Assembly (NCBI GenBank): GCA_977018835.1
Contig: OZ361256.1
Span: 2,666,001 to 2,730,000 of the forward strand
Direction: 5' to 3'
Source: Minutocellus sp. GHC0000111
Lineage: Eukaryota
Length of the DNA: 64,000 bases
Position numbers and translations under genes: made by a program. Shown here in pieces: positions 10,277 through 21,178 of this stretch. The notes beneath the pieces were generated by a model that worked only from the letters and a program-made list of their open reading frames with translations, was not told the DNA's origin and did not search any database. Within the stretch, counting starts at the first letter, position 1. Every line of letters starts with the position of its first letter.

Positions 10277-12433
10277 CTATTCTCCCTCGCTCTCCATCTC
10301 GCCGCCGTCGTCATCATCGCCATCGTCGTCGTCTTCCTCCTCCTCTTCCTGCTGCTGCTGCTGCTGCTGGTGCTGCAAGTATTGCAAGTGGCTTAATAGC
10401 AAGGACTGTGGCTGTGGAAGTGCTAAATTTTCCCAGTCTTCCTTCATCGACATGATGTCGTCATCTTCATAGTCAAGCTCTGTGTCATCTGAATCAGAAT
10501 CAGAATCCATAGCAACGCCATTCATATAGTAGCGGGACTCCTCCTCTTCCCTTTCCGTATCTTCACTTCCAATGAACTCAGGAACCCAAAAGCTATAGGT
10601 TGTCCCGTCTAATGCATACTGTTGACCTTGCAACCTTTTCGTCGCAGCTGTCTTTATCTGGCCTGGAACTATAGTGTACACAGCACCTGTAGTAACCTTT
10701 TTCGCTCCATCTCTTCGTGCTAATGGAGTGGGAGGCGGAGGAACACTAAACATGTCTATACTATCGCCGGGGAAGCCGTAGCGAACTTGCTTGGTATTTT
10801 GGAGAATAGACGAATAATCCACATCTTTCGAAGCTTCAAAAGCGTCAACCACTAATACACCGAGCAGGTGCAGTATCTCAGCAGCGACTAATTCCATTGC
10901 CCCGGCGCTGATTTTGACGATGCCTGCCCGATACGCAAGTCTGCGGACAATTTTACGACGGTATTCCGACGGTAGCACATCTTCAGAGAGACAGTCATTG
11001 TCTCGCCAGCGCCACAGACTTCCATTGCGTGATTGGCAAAAACATGAACATGCGCTTCCGGCCGTGGAGGGATGCTTCTTTAATGCGACGCTGCAAAGAC
11101 GATTGGAAGAGAGACCCAACACAGAGTTGGACGTCCTTCGATCGAGCACAGCAACATCTCGCCTCTCTACGACGATCTTACGTGACTGGCATGCCATCAG
11201 AACTGCTGCCATCAATCGTTCGGTCGCCCAGTTTTCGACAAGTGCAGCGAGGTATCCCACGGTGTCACCCCGGAGGCGGAATGTTCCGCCACATGAGCTC
11301 CCCGGTTGGATCATTTTGTCGGCAATTCTCTCCGCGAGCTGCCTGAAATCGTGACTGTAATTTGTGTTCTCTTCCCCTGTGTAGATGAGCTGTTCCTTAC
11401 CGCTCTCTCCGCCGAGAACCGAAAGGATTATGTTCTCCGTGTTATGGCGTTGGAATCGCCTGGCGTAGGTCAGCTCCTTCTCGTAAAATATCCATTCTCT
11501 GAGGCTGAAATCGTGCCCGTCGACACTGCAGTTCAAAAAGCGCCCTCGGATCTCCTTACCGTACAGGTCCCAAAATCCTCCCTCGGCCCGCAAGGCACGA
11601 TGCATCGACTTGCAGACCCGCTCAAGCTGCAGCGCTTCGTGGGGATGGTAAGCTTTTGTGATGTGGGTGTTGGGAAACATTTTGAGAGGATGCCGAGGCC
11701 GAAATGCACGATTTACATCTTGATCTTCTCTTGTCACAACAAAGAGAAATATTAGCTGCAGCACGGGTTCGGGCAGCAGATCCAAAGCCGCCGCTGCAGC
11801 GGCCGGGTGCTTCGCGTCCATATTATTGAAGATCGCAGAGTCTTCTCTTTCACCTTCCATGCGCGAGTCCTCATCTGTGTCGTCCTCGGTGTCGTCCTCG
11901 AACTCCGACACGCTGTCCTCCATTTCCAGGCATTCCAAAACATCTTGATAGACTGCCTCCTCCGCAGCCTCTTCGGGATGCGGGGAGCCTCCGTGCTGTA
12001 AGGACGATTCGTCCATGTCGCAACTGTCGCCTCTGTCGGCCCCACCGCTGCCGTTACCAGTGCACGTAGCAGCAGCTGTCTCCCCCTTCTCCGTCTCCTC
12101 CCATCGATCCAGCACGCCGTCGGGGACGTAGTATTCGCCCAACCTCAGCCCGTACCGGGCGTGCCGGGCCGCCGCTCGAGGCGTGTACGTCGTGGCCAGC
12201 AGCCGCGCCAAATTGCCCGAGCCGGTGGCGGCGTACGTGTAGATAGCACCGCCGTCGGTGGGCCGCGATTCCTCGAGTCGTCTCTGCCTCATGTCCTGCG
12301 GCTGGGGCCACGGGGGACCGATGATCCCGCTGTCGTCCGACGGTGCGATGCCTTGTGCGTCATCGGCGTTCGATGCGGTGGCGACGGCCACAGAAGCATC
12401 AGCGGCAACGGCGGCCCCATCGTCGATCTCCAT
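10277..12433 (-). CDS. F-box-like + tandem histone H3-like / H4-like fold protein with acidic tracts (718 aa, single exon)
   Basis: LDLLPEPVLQLIFLFV...LERVCKSMHR...FW (F-box-like); ELTYARRFQRHNTENII...FRQLAERIA...FRLRGDTVGYLAALVENWATERLMAAVLMACQSRKIVVERRDVAVLDR (H3-like); IVRRLAYRAGIVKISAGAMELVAAEILHLLGVLVVDAF...TIVPGQIKTAATKRLQG (H4-like); D/E-rich middle and C-terminus. Confidence 0.75.
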   Translation of the reverse strand: MEIDDGAAVAADASVAVATASNADDAQGIAPSDDSGIIGPPWPQPQDMRQRRLEESRPTDGGAIYTYAATGSGNLARLLATTYTPRAAARHARYGLRLGEYYVPDGVLDRWEETEKGETAAATCTGNGSGGADRGDSCDMDESSLQHGGSPHPEEAAEEAVYQDVLECLEMEDSVSEFEDDTEDDTDEDSRMEGEREDSAIFNNMDAKHPAAAAAALDLLPEPVLQLIFLFVVTREDQDVNRAFRPRHPLKMFPNTHITKAYHPHEALQLERVCKSMHRALRAEGGFWDLYGKEIRGRFLNCSVDGHDFSLREWIFYEKELTYARRFQRHNTENIILSVLGGESGKEQLIYTGEENTNYSHDFRQLAERIADKMIQPGSSCGGTFRLRGDTVGYLAALVENWATERLMAAVLMACQSRKIVVERRDVAVLDRRTSNSVLGLSSNRLCSVALKKHPSTAGSACSCFCQSRNGSLWRWRDNDCLSEDVLPSEYRRKIVRRLAYRAGIVKISAGAMELVAAEILHLLGVLVVDAFEASKDVDYSSILQNTKQVRYGFPGDSIDMFSVPPPPTPLARRDGAKKVTTGAVYTIVPGQIKTAATKRLQGQQYALDGTTYSFWVPEFIGSEDTEREEEESRYYMNGVAMDSDSDSDDTELDYEDDDIMSMKEDWENLALPQPQSLLLSHLQYLQHQQQQQQQEEEEEDDDDGDDDDGGEMESEGE

Positions 12434-12575
12434 GGTGGCGTTATGACCCGGCTGGCGATGGCGGAAGACTGGATCTTCAAATTTTATCGCATTTTTGCAC
12501 CGGCCTCGCCTTCATTTTTTTTTCCCGGCTCGCTCGCCAACCTCATTTCTCAAACTCCAAAAAACCATCTCAACC
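12434..12575. promoter_or_regulatory. Putative bidirectional promoter (142 bp between divergent start codons)
   Basis: ATG at 12433 (-) and ATG at 12576 (+) face away from each other, separated by pyrimidine/A-rich 5' UTR-like sequence. Confidence 0.5.
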
Positions 12576-15500
12576 ATGGCCCGCTCCAGCAGGAGACGGG
12601 GCGCCGCCTCGACCGCTAACGGCGGTGGCGGCGCTGCCTATGCCCCTCCTAGTCGCAGGGGTAGATCTGCCCGATCAACCGCTACTACAGAAGAAGACGC
12701 AGAGGAGATTTTTGACTCGAACGATGCCGTGACAAAAAGTGACACATCAGGTACCGCTGCCGAAGCCGCTTCGAGCACAAAGCATGCAAGCGGGGACGAC
12801 GAGATCGAGACGATGAACGACGTCGAGATGGAAGATCGCAAGATGCCCGCCAAGTCGTCGGCGGATGACGACGATGGAGATGACAACGAGAGCGGCGGCA
12901 AGTCGTCCGATGAAGAATCCGAGTCTGATGATTCCTCTTCAGATGAAGATGATGGTGGTAATGGTGACAATGACAACGACGGACTGTCCGAATACGAACG
13001 CCTCCGCCTCGAACGCATCAAGCGCAACCAGGAGCGCCTCGCCGCCCTCGGCCTCCTCGACGTCAAGGAGCAGGTCCGTCAGCAGCAAAAGGCGGCCGCC
13101 GCCAAAAAGAAGAAGAAGTACAAAAAGAAGGACAAGGATGCTTCGGCAGCCCCGCAGCGCATCCTCCCCAAGCGGCAGGCCCGCGACCGCGCCTCCCTGA
13201 CGGCCGAGCAGCTCAACCCGTTCGACGTTCGCAAGATGCGCATCTCGTCCGATCCCACGTACTACGAGCGTCGCGGCAGCAGCGGCGGTGCGGCGTCCAT
13301 GGCCGACAGGTACCGGCGGACGTACCGATGCGGCGACTGCGAGGGGTGCAACTGGGCCGAGGACTGCGGACAGTGCGTCTGGTGCGTCGGCAGGATCAAC
13401 AATCCCACCCGACAACGCAGATGTCTGATGAAGATTTGTCGCAATCGGTTGGTCGATACCACCGTGGAGGAGATGGAGGGAGGTGCTGGTGATGATAATG
13501 TTGAAGCGGCAGCAGCAGCAGCAGCAGCAGTAGCGGCTGAAGAAAAAGAGGAAGAGGAGGAAGTAGCAGAGGGGGAATCCAAGACCAAGACGATCACCGT
13601 TACCGTGGGGGAGCTCGTTCGCAAGAATCGCATCAAGATGCCGCCCAATATGGGTGGACTAACATCCTCATCGTCATCCTCTGAGTCTGCTGCGGATACC
13701 ATTGCAGCTATGGATACAGCTGCTGGTGATGGTGACGGTGAAGAAAAGAAGGAAGAGGACGATGAAGAGGTAGGACGTGATTCTGGCAAGAAAATGCCAT
13801 CCGATGATGCCGCCTCGCAGAAGACTGATCCTACTAGTACTACCGGCGATGGCAAAACCAAGAAGGACGGCGAGCCCAAGAAGGACGACGACATTCCAAT
13901 TGTCTTCCCCGACAGCTGCTTCGCCTGCAAGGAGGATGGGATCCTCTTCTGCTGCGATACCTGCCCCCGGGGCTTCCATTCCGATTGCCACTTTCCAAAA
14001 ATCCGAGACTTGCCTTTAGGCGATTGGCAGTGCATCGAATGCGTCCGTGCCGCCAATGGTGGTGGAAATGGAGACGGTGGCGGGGATGTTGCGGCCGCTG
14101 AAAAGGCTCCCGAGATCCACGCCATCCTCCCCGCTGGATTTGATCTGGAGGAGCATTTGACCCGAAGCGGTAAGAAGCGTGGGGCGGCAAGTCCCAAACG
14201 AGGTAGGAAGAATAAGGCGCCCGAGGTTGGCATCGGTGGTATCAGTGGTGAATCGGCAGAACCCGGCAAGACTGTCAAGGTGACGATTCATGAGCCCCGG
14301 GCGCGATGCGTGGCCTGTACCGAGTACGGTGATATTGACGAGGAGGCTGCCATTCTGTGCCGAGCCTGCGACCAGTACTTTCACAAGGACTGCCAGACGC
14401 TGGACCACAAGCGAGGAGGTCGCTGGCGATGCGATGCTTGCCAGACTGCCAAGGCGAGCGTATGGTACGATCTATTGGCAGTTATCCCTGAGGAATGCGG
14501 CAAGAAGGATGAAGAGGAGGAGGAGAAAAACGTACCAGTAGCGGCTGGTACCAAGACCATAAGGGTTTCGGTGGTCGGACCAGAGACCAAATGCGTCGAA
14601 TGTTCTCAAGACGGCAGTGGTGGAGAAGATATGGTTTGGTGCCGCGCTTGCGATAATTCCTTCCACCTTGGATGTCACTCTCCTCCCCTCCAGACCATTC
14701 CCAAAGGGCGGTGGAAATGCGGCAAGTGCAAGATCGCCAACATTCCTCTTCCAAGACCTCCAAAGCCCAAGAGCAAAACAAAGGACGAGATTCTTGCCAG
14801 CCTGAAGCTGTTCAAGGGAGAGCACGACGACGATTGCTACATCTGCTACAATGGAGGTGGTAAGTATTGCTATTGTATCGTATTTATTTCCGTTTAGTAC
14901 TCCGTCTCAATTTCTTCAAGCGTCAATTGATCCTAACAACTCCAATGACAACTCAATGTTTTCTCCCATTGCCGCGCCTCGCAGATCTTGTGTGCTGTGA
15001 CTTCTGCTCCAAGGCGTATCACATGCAATGCCACATTCCTCCACTTCCATTTCTTCCTGACGAAAATTTACTGTGGAAATGTTGTGAATGCTCAGCTGTC
15101 GAAAGGACCAAAACGAGTCGCTGCGGCGAGTGCAAGGCGTGCCTTCGAAAGCCTTGTGGCAAATGTGCCCACTGTCTCAACGGTAGGACCAAGAAGGTAT
15201 GCATTAAGAAGGTCTGCCCTTACCCGAGGTTTGCGCCACCGGCGTCTTCAACCTCAATTCCAGGCCTTATCAATATTCGAGTTCCTCTCGAAGGAGATGA
15301 TGAGGATGAACAGGAATCGCCCATCAAGTCTGGTGGCAAGAAGCGTGGCCGCGAGCCCGCCAACGATAGCGCCGGCCCCGGGGGCAAGAAGAAAAAGAGG
15401 AAGGGCAGTTATGATTCCGATGACGACGAGGAAATGCAAGAAGAGTCAGAAGACGAGTGGGGTGGTGGGCCCATCACCTTCAAGCTCAAGCTGAATAGTC

Positions 15501-16783
15501 TCAAGTCTGCATTTATGGACCCAGAGAGCGTCAAGATACGCAAGATCATCAACTCCGCCCGTCGCAATGCCAAGGACTCCAAGGCATGCGATAAGGCGTG
15601 CGAGCATCTCCGCAAGCACTTGTCGTCCACCGACAACCTTGAGAAGATAATTCTTTGGCGTGGTATCGAGATGATATGCGATGCCATGCGGGAACATCCA
15701 GAGAAAACCATCGTTCAGGCCGAGGCATGCTTCACACTCGCTGAAATGATCTGGCTCGATCCTACCATTTCCACCAAGCTTGCTCACGAGGGTGCCATCG
15801 AACTCATTGCTTCCTGCATGAACCGCTTCACTACCAACTTGAAGGTACAGCAGATGGGATGCGGGGCATTCCGAGCTCTGACATACGACGAGGCCTCTGT
15901 ACCCTTTATCAAAGATGCCGATGGCCTCGCCGCCGTGCTCTCCTCCATGAAAGCTAATCCCAGCAAACTCCTCGTGCAGAGAGAGGCGTCTTACTTCTTG
16001 CAGAACATGCTCGTTCACGAAAACGAAACCGCAAACGCCATATCCAAATCTCGGGTTGTTCCTATCATTGCAGATGCAATGGCCAACGAGCAAGCGGACG
16101 CCGAATTCATCCAATCTGTTTGCGGTCTCATTGCCAACCTCGCTCTCAACAAACGAGCAAAGGCTGCGATTGGAAAGTCTGGCGCTATCCCCTGCATCAT
16201 TGATGCACTCAACCCTTCCGAAGATCTGGATGTGAAGCAAGCGGCATGTTCCGCACTCAAACATTTGGCCCTCGAAAGCCCCGACAATCAAAAGAGAATA
16301 TCCGAGGCCGGTGGTCTTGACGCTGTCTTTTCTGCGGTTAAATCCTTTTCCGACGATGAAGTTTTGCTCATTGCTGCCTTTGGGGCGCTCAAGGAATTGT
16401 GCATCAAGGACGAGGCTTCGAGCCGCAAGCTTGTCAGTAAAGGCATCGTAAAGATTCTGCTCAAGGCAATGCAAGATAACCAGGATCTTGCCATAATGCA
16501 ATCCGCGGCTTGTGGCCTCATCGGATATCTGCCGTATGGTAAGAGAGACAAGGAGGCCCCGAAACTTGCCAAGCTAATCATTGCTGCGATGAAAGCGCAT
16601 GGCGACGTCAGCTACGTTCAGATCGAGGGTTGCGATGCTTTGGTGGAACTCGCTCAAGTAAGTACTGTGATTCCCTTTTTGAAGGAAAAGTCTACGGCAA
16701 AGGTCCTTCAAAAAGCCAAGAAGGAGTACGAAGAATGCCAATCCGATGTTGAAGATATTTTGGCCGTGGCCAAGAAGAAGTAG
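12576..16783 (+). CDS. Chromatin reader with two CXXC-type zinc fingers, four PHD fingers and C-terminal ARM repeats; 2 exons (intron 14860-14984)
   Basis: G|GTAAGT...GCAG|AT joins CYICYNGG-D-LVCCDFCSKAYH (a PHD). Other PHDs: CFAC...CCDTCPRGFHSDC...WQCIEC, CVAC...CRACDQYFHKDC...WRCDAC, CVEC...CRACDNSFHLGC...WKCGKC. CXXC: CGDCEGC...DCGQCVWC...RRCLMKIC and CGECKAC...CGKCAHC...CIKKVC. ARM-like repeats (VQQMGCGAFRAL, VKQAACSALKHL); NLS-like basic tracts. Confidence 0.88.
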
Positions 16784-16858
16784 AAATTCCGAAACAAGGA
16801 AGGCCTGCACTTCAGGTAGTAACTATTGAAGTACCGGTAGATTGTTAAATTATTAAAT

Positions 16859-19800
16859 TTAAGAGACAAATATATCCACATCATCGTCCCATTTACCTCC
16901 CATTTGGTCGCGAACTTTTCGTCTTGCCTTCTCCATCCCAAAGGCAAATAAACGAACTCGTTTAACTGGCATCGCCGAGTTCGATTGGGTCTCCCCTTCG
17001 TCGTCTGGTATCGGTTGTCCCGGTCTCCATTCAACCCCAACCACTGTGCATCGGGATGTTTTGTTGTGGCGGCGAAGCTCATTGTTGAGCTCGTCGAGCC
17101 AACCGATCAAAGTTTCACTGCCATCGCTTGTCCACACTTCTAAGCGAACAGTCTCGCCAGAATTGACTCCTCTCCATATCCATCCTTCTTCCTTACACAA
17201 AAAGTGACATTTGCAGCGCCTCAGATTCTCGATGGAGAGTCTCCCGTGTGATCTTGTCTGTTGGCCAGGATGTTGCCGCCAGTAAAAAAGAATTTGGTCG
17301 ACTTTTCCACAAACGAGACCTTGGTCGAAGAATGATAACCAGAAATGCGTATCAACGGGCCACATCGCATCGTCTCGAAAGCAACCTTGGTGGCCTCCTG
17401 TAGCCTTCAAGACTGCTTCGAGTCGGAAAATTCCTGCCTGGTGCATAGATGGAATCTCCAAAAACCTTGCTTTTTGCATCAATTCCGGGGTTGTGAGGGA
17501 ATTCTGCCACGCGACATAGCGTTCCATTCCCTCTGCCTCCCAGCCAATGCACTTGGTTAACGAAGTTACACCGTCCCACTCTGGATGAATTCGCAGACTT
17601 CTCATCATTGATCGAAAGGCACTGCCTGGGCGCTCGTCGTCGCTCTCCATGTGTCCGATATAGCGTCCCTTGGATAAACGAAGGCACCGAGTCATGACTT
17701 GACCTTGCCCGGCATTGATATCATCCCATGGAACGATCACGCGTAGCCGAGCACTCTCATGAGTGGCAGCGGTTACTTCCTCGGCAGACAAAGGTGTTTC
17801 GATTATTTCCACCTCAGAATCAGGGACGACCTCGGAAGCCTGCCGAGATAATTCTGCATTCCTCTTTGGCATGGTAAGAGCTGGGTTGGTGGTCTTCTTC
17901 TTACTCGGGCATATCTTACTGCGACGATCAACGATTGCTCGAGCTTCTGATATTGACAAAATCGTAGAGGATCCCGATCTTGGATCAAATGCTTCAACCG
18001 AACCGCGATCCCCCAGTAAGAATGCAAGATCAACAAGGAAAGCCAGAGAACCGTCAGTGGAGCAGTCATCACCACAGAGAACTTCAGTGATCTCTCCTTC
18101 GTCCAGCTCTTGTTTTAGACAATCTCGCACTGCTAGTGGTACCCAGGGCATTGCATTATACACCGGAAGAATTACAGAAAGAGTAGGATTCAGGTCGCCC
18201 GAGGTAGGATTCGTTCTTGGGCAATGATTGGCAATGATCTCATTGAATTCCTTGGCAAGTTTATCATCGGCCAGCCGCGTGTGCCACTTGCCGCGATGAG
18301 GCCGCGCATGCGAAATACCAGCTAGCGCTTGTTCCAAGAGTTGCACAATCGCGTCATCATTGGAATCGATCCATACATTGAGCGCCGCTATGTGCTCCAC
18401 TGAAGACCCATCTTCTATTGAATTTGGCGCGAGATACGTCTTGCTAGATGATCGTAGAAATTTAAGCTCGACAAGTCGAGAGTCAAGGTGTTCCCCCAGG
18501 CACGACATTCGATCTACAATAATTTCAAGAGAGGAAATAGGAAACGACCACTGTGCAGTATATTTTCTTTCGCCATCGCAGCTTTTGCGAGAATTTTCCC
18601 ACAGAGAATGCATGAGAGGGCCGTCCGGATACCAGGAACGGGCGCTGTAGGCAGAACGGTTGATTGAAGAGGATACGTCTGAATCATCAACACCTTCTAA
18701 AACAACTGCGACAGCGTCATTGCTACCATCGGCATTTCCATTGCTATTGGGCAGCATCCAATGAATCCAACAATGGCCAGTGGATAGTGCAAGTGCACGG
18801 ATCTTTTCACAAACATCATCGTCGGACATATCGAATTTGACTTCCTTCTTTCGTACCTTCGGAGTCGGAATGAGTTGAAGTGTGGCGTCCAGTGTGGTAC
18901 CGGCCAAACCGACTCCGCATCTGGCAGCCTTCAATAGACTAGAGTTTTGAAGGACCATGCTACCACCACTTGGTGTATTGATCTCAGTCGAATCTTCAAC
19001 CAAGGCGACATGCTCTCCCGACCGTAGTACCATTCTCATCGAGACAATTTCATCGCTCAAGGTCCCATACTTGCTGCTCGAGCCATGACTACCGGTTGCT
19101 AGTGCGCCTCCTACTGTTTGGTCAAGCAAAATTGGCAACGATGATAGAGTGAAGCCGGATCGTTTTAGTGCAGTGCATAATTCCGATAGCTGCATTCCCG
19201 CCTCAACGCGTACGGTCGCTGCTTGGCCGTCTTGATCAATCTGAAAGTCCAACACTCGATCCATAAGGGTAGCGTCGATGAACATCGACGATTCACTCTG
19301 AAGACATTTTGATGAATTTAAGCCCCCAACGGGTTGAGAGGTAATGCCAGAGCAACATGCCGCTTTGGTTGCAACCACCACATCATTTCGGCTTATAAAC
19401 AACGAGCAATGATTGTAGGTTGATAGTGCGCGGTATTTGTCGTATTGCTGAATGTCGATGAGGAATGGATAGTCATGTCTTCTGGGCAAAAGCGTTGAAC
19501 TGACACAGATTTTCCAGATTGGCATTCCAGCATGGAATCAATCACTGCAACATCTCGAATTGCCTCCTCGGGGCAGCATTTCGGCGTAACTTGCTTCCTC
19601 CTGGGCGAACCAAGCACGACACCAGCAAAGATGTCCAAGGACTCTTCCAAGCTTTCCTTTACACCTCCATGAATCCAACTATCGCCGCTTATCCGTTCCA
19701 ACAATTGCACATTTGAATTTTCATGTCGCTCGATTGTCGATGTAGCAACATTCCACACTAATCGGCGTTCGTCGCCAAAAAATACGGTAATGACTGCCTT

Positions 19801-20928
19801 CTCGTCTTCCCGATTGATATTGCGCTTGCACTCCATTGATATTTCTCCAGATATGTAATTACCGTGGTTAGCTTTGCCCACCAATGAGATGTTGTCATTT
19901 GCTTCATTTTGATCGTATCTGCAATCGCATACGGAATCGATCTCGCCAAAGAGCCGACGCAAAACGCGAATAACATGGACCCCAACATCTCTGGTAGCAC
20001 CGCCGTCATACAATGCAGATGCGTTCGCTCTCCACCCTTCTGTGTCAAGTCCCTGGCACAAAGCGAGTGAGTATGCCTTCGGCCGAGATTTTTGGCGAAT
20101 AATTTCAGCATTCAAGTGCCTTTTCATTGCGCCAAGTGATGCCTTATGGGCCCAATTTTCTGATACCAACCACCGTTCGCCGGCACGCAGGTACTGACAG
20201 GCTTCCCATAGCGAATGAGATTGCCGCGAATTGGGCGATACTGGCTTCTCGGATATGACGCACTTTCCAGCTCGAAGGCACATGCCAACTGCTTCGACCA
20301 TCTTTGGAATTGGTATACACAGCACGCACACATCGGCAAGCCATCCCGATCGGTCTGACGATGGACCTTCCGCATCATTATTTGCATCCAACAGGCTTTG
20401 TTCATACGTCAGATATTCTTCGAGAGTATCAAATCTAGCAACCTTTTCATCGCCAGAAGTGTCGACCTGAAGATTGATTCCGTTTCGGCGCAAAGTGGCA
20501 AGCGCTCTGGTAGCCCCATCTGGCTTCCCGCAAAGAACTGTTATCTTGACGTCAAAGCGTTCTCCGTGGTTTGCTTTCTTTGGTTTGATCTTTCTATTGA
20601 TGATCTTGGCCAGTGCCGGAAGATGTGCACGGTTGCAAAACCATCCGCCTCATCCGACAACAGCCAAACGAATCGCGTTCTCGCATGGGGCTGGAACGAT
20701 GGCTTCAGACGCGTGTGCTTTGCTGGAATGCTGATTTCCCTCGCATTGCAGAGGCTTGGGGGCAGAAGGAGACGGAGCCTGACGGCGAAGGTCAGCAACC
20801 GATCGGCCACTCGCCTTTATCTGCAACAGCCTCCTCTCTTTCTTTCTCCTTTTCGCTTCTTCTTTGGAAGCTTTGCGGGCCTTCCGTTCTGCCTTTATTC
20901 GCTCTCTTCTCTCTTGCTCGGCCTCCAT
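16859..20928 (-). pseudogene. Disrupted three-domain fusion: Gfo/Idh/MocA NAD(P) oxidoreductase + FAD aldonolactone-oxidase-like domain + GT2 glycosyltransferase
   Basis: IRLAVVG*GGWFCNRAHLPAL (in-frame TGA 20650-20652), ISEKP, ENW, DVGVH; frameshift at ~19396; VRVEAG, QTVGGALATGSHGSS, VELKF, RPHRGK; LSVILPVYNA, DDCSTDGS, MESDD, ERYVAWQNSL, YWRQHPGQ. Confidence 0.75.
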
Positions 20929-21178
20929 CGCATCGAGTTGTGTTGCTCAAGATTTTCCTGGACTCATAACCTGATATCAACCGACGACCGAGAACAGAGA
21001 CGGCCACAAGCAAGTCAAGGAGATTGTAAGATCTTATTTGATTGATACATCTAGGATAGATAAGTAGGTCTAAGAGAAGACTATTTGGGTATCCCTCACT
21101 TCACTTGGCTTCTCTTGTCTGTCTGTCAGTCAAACTACTCAGTACATGTAGATCTACCAATTGTAGGGATGCCGGTCG

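Noticed and set aside
19330..19390. ATGA-N12-AA on the minus strand after the TAA at 19393 as a possible SECIS
   Set aside because: No downstream GA quartet partner at the right spacing, and the region encodes the FAD domain.
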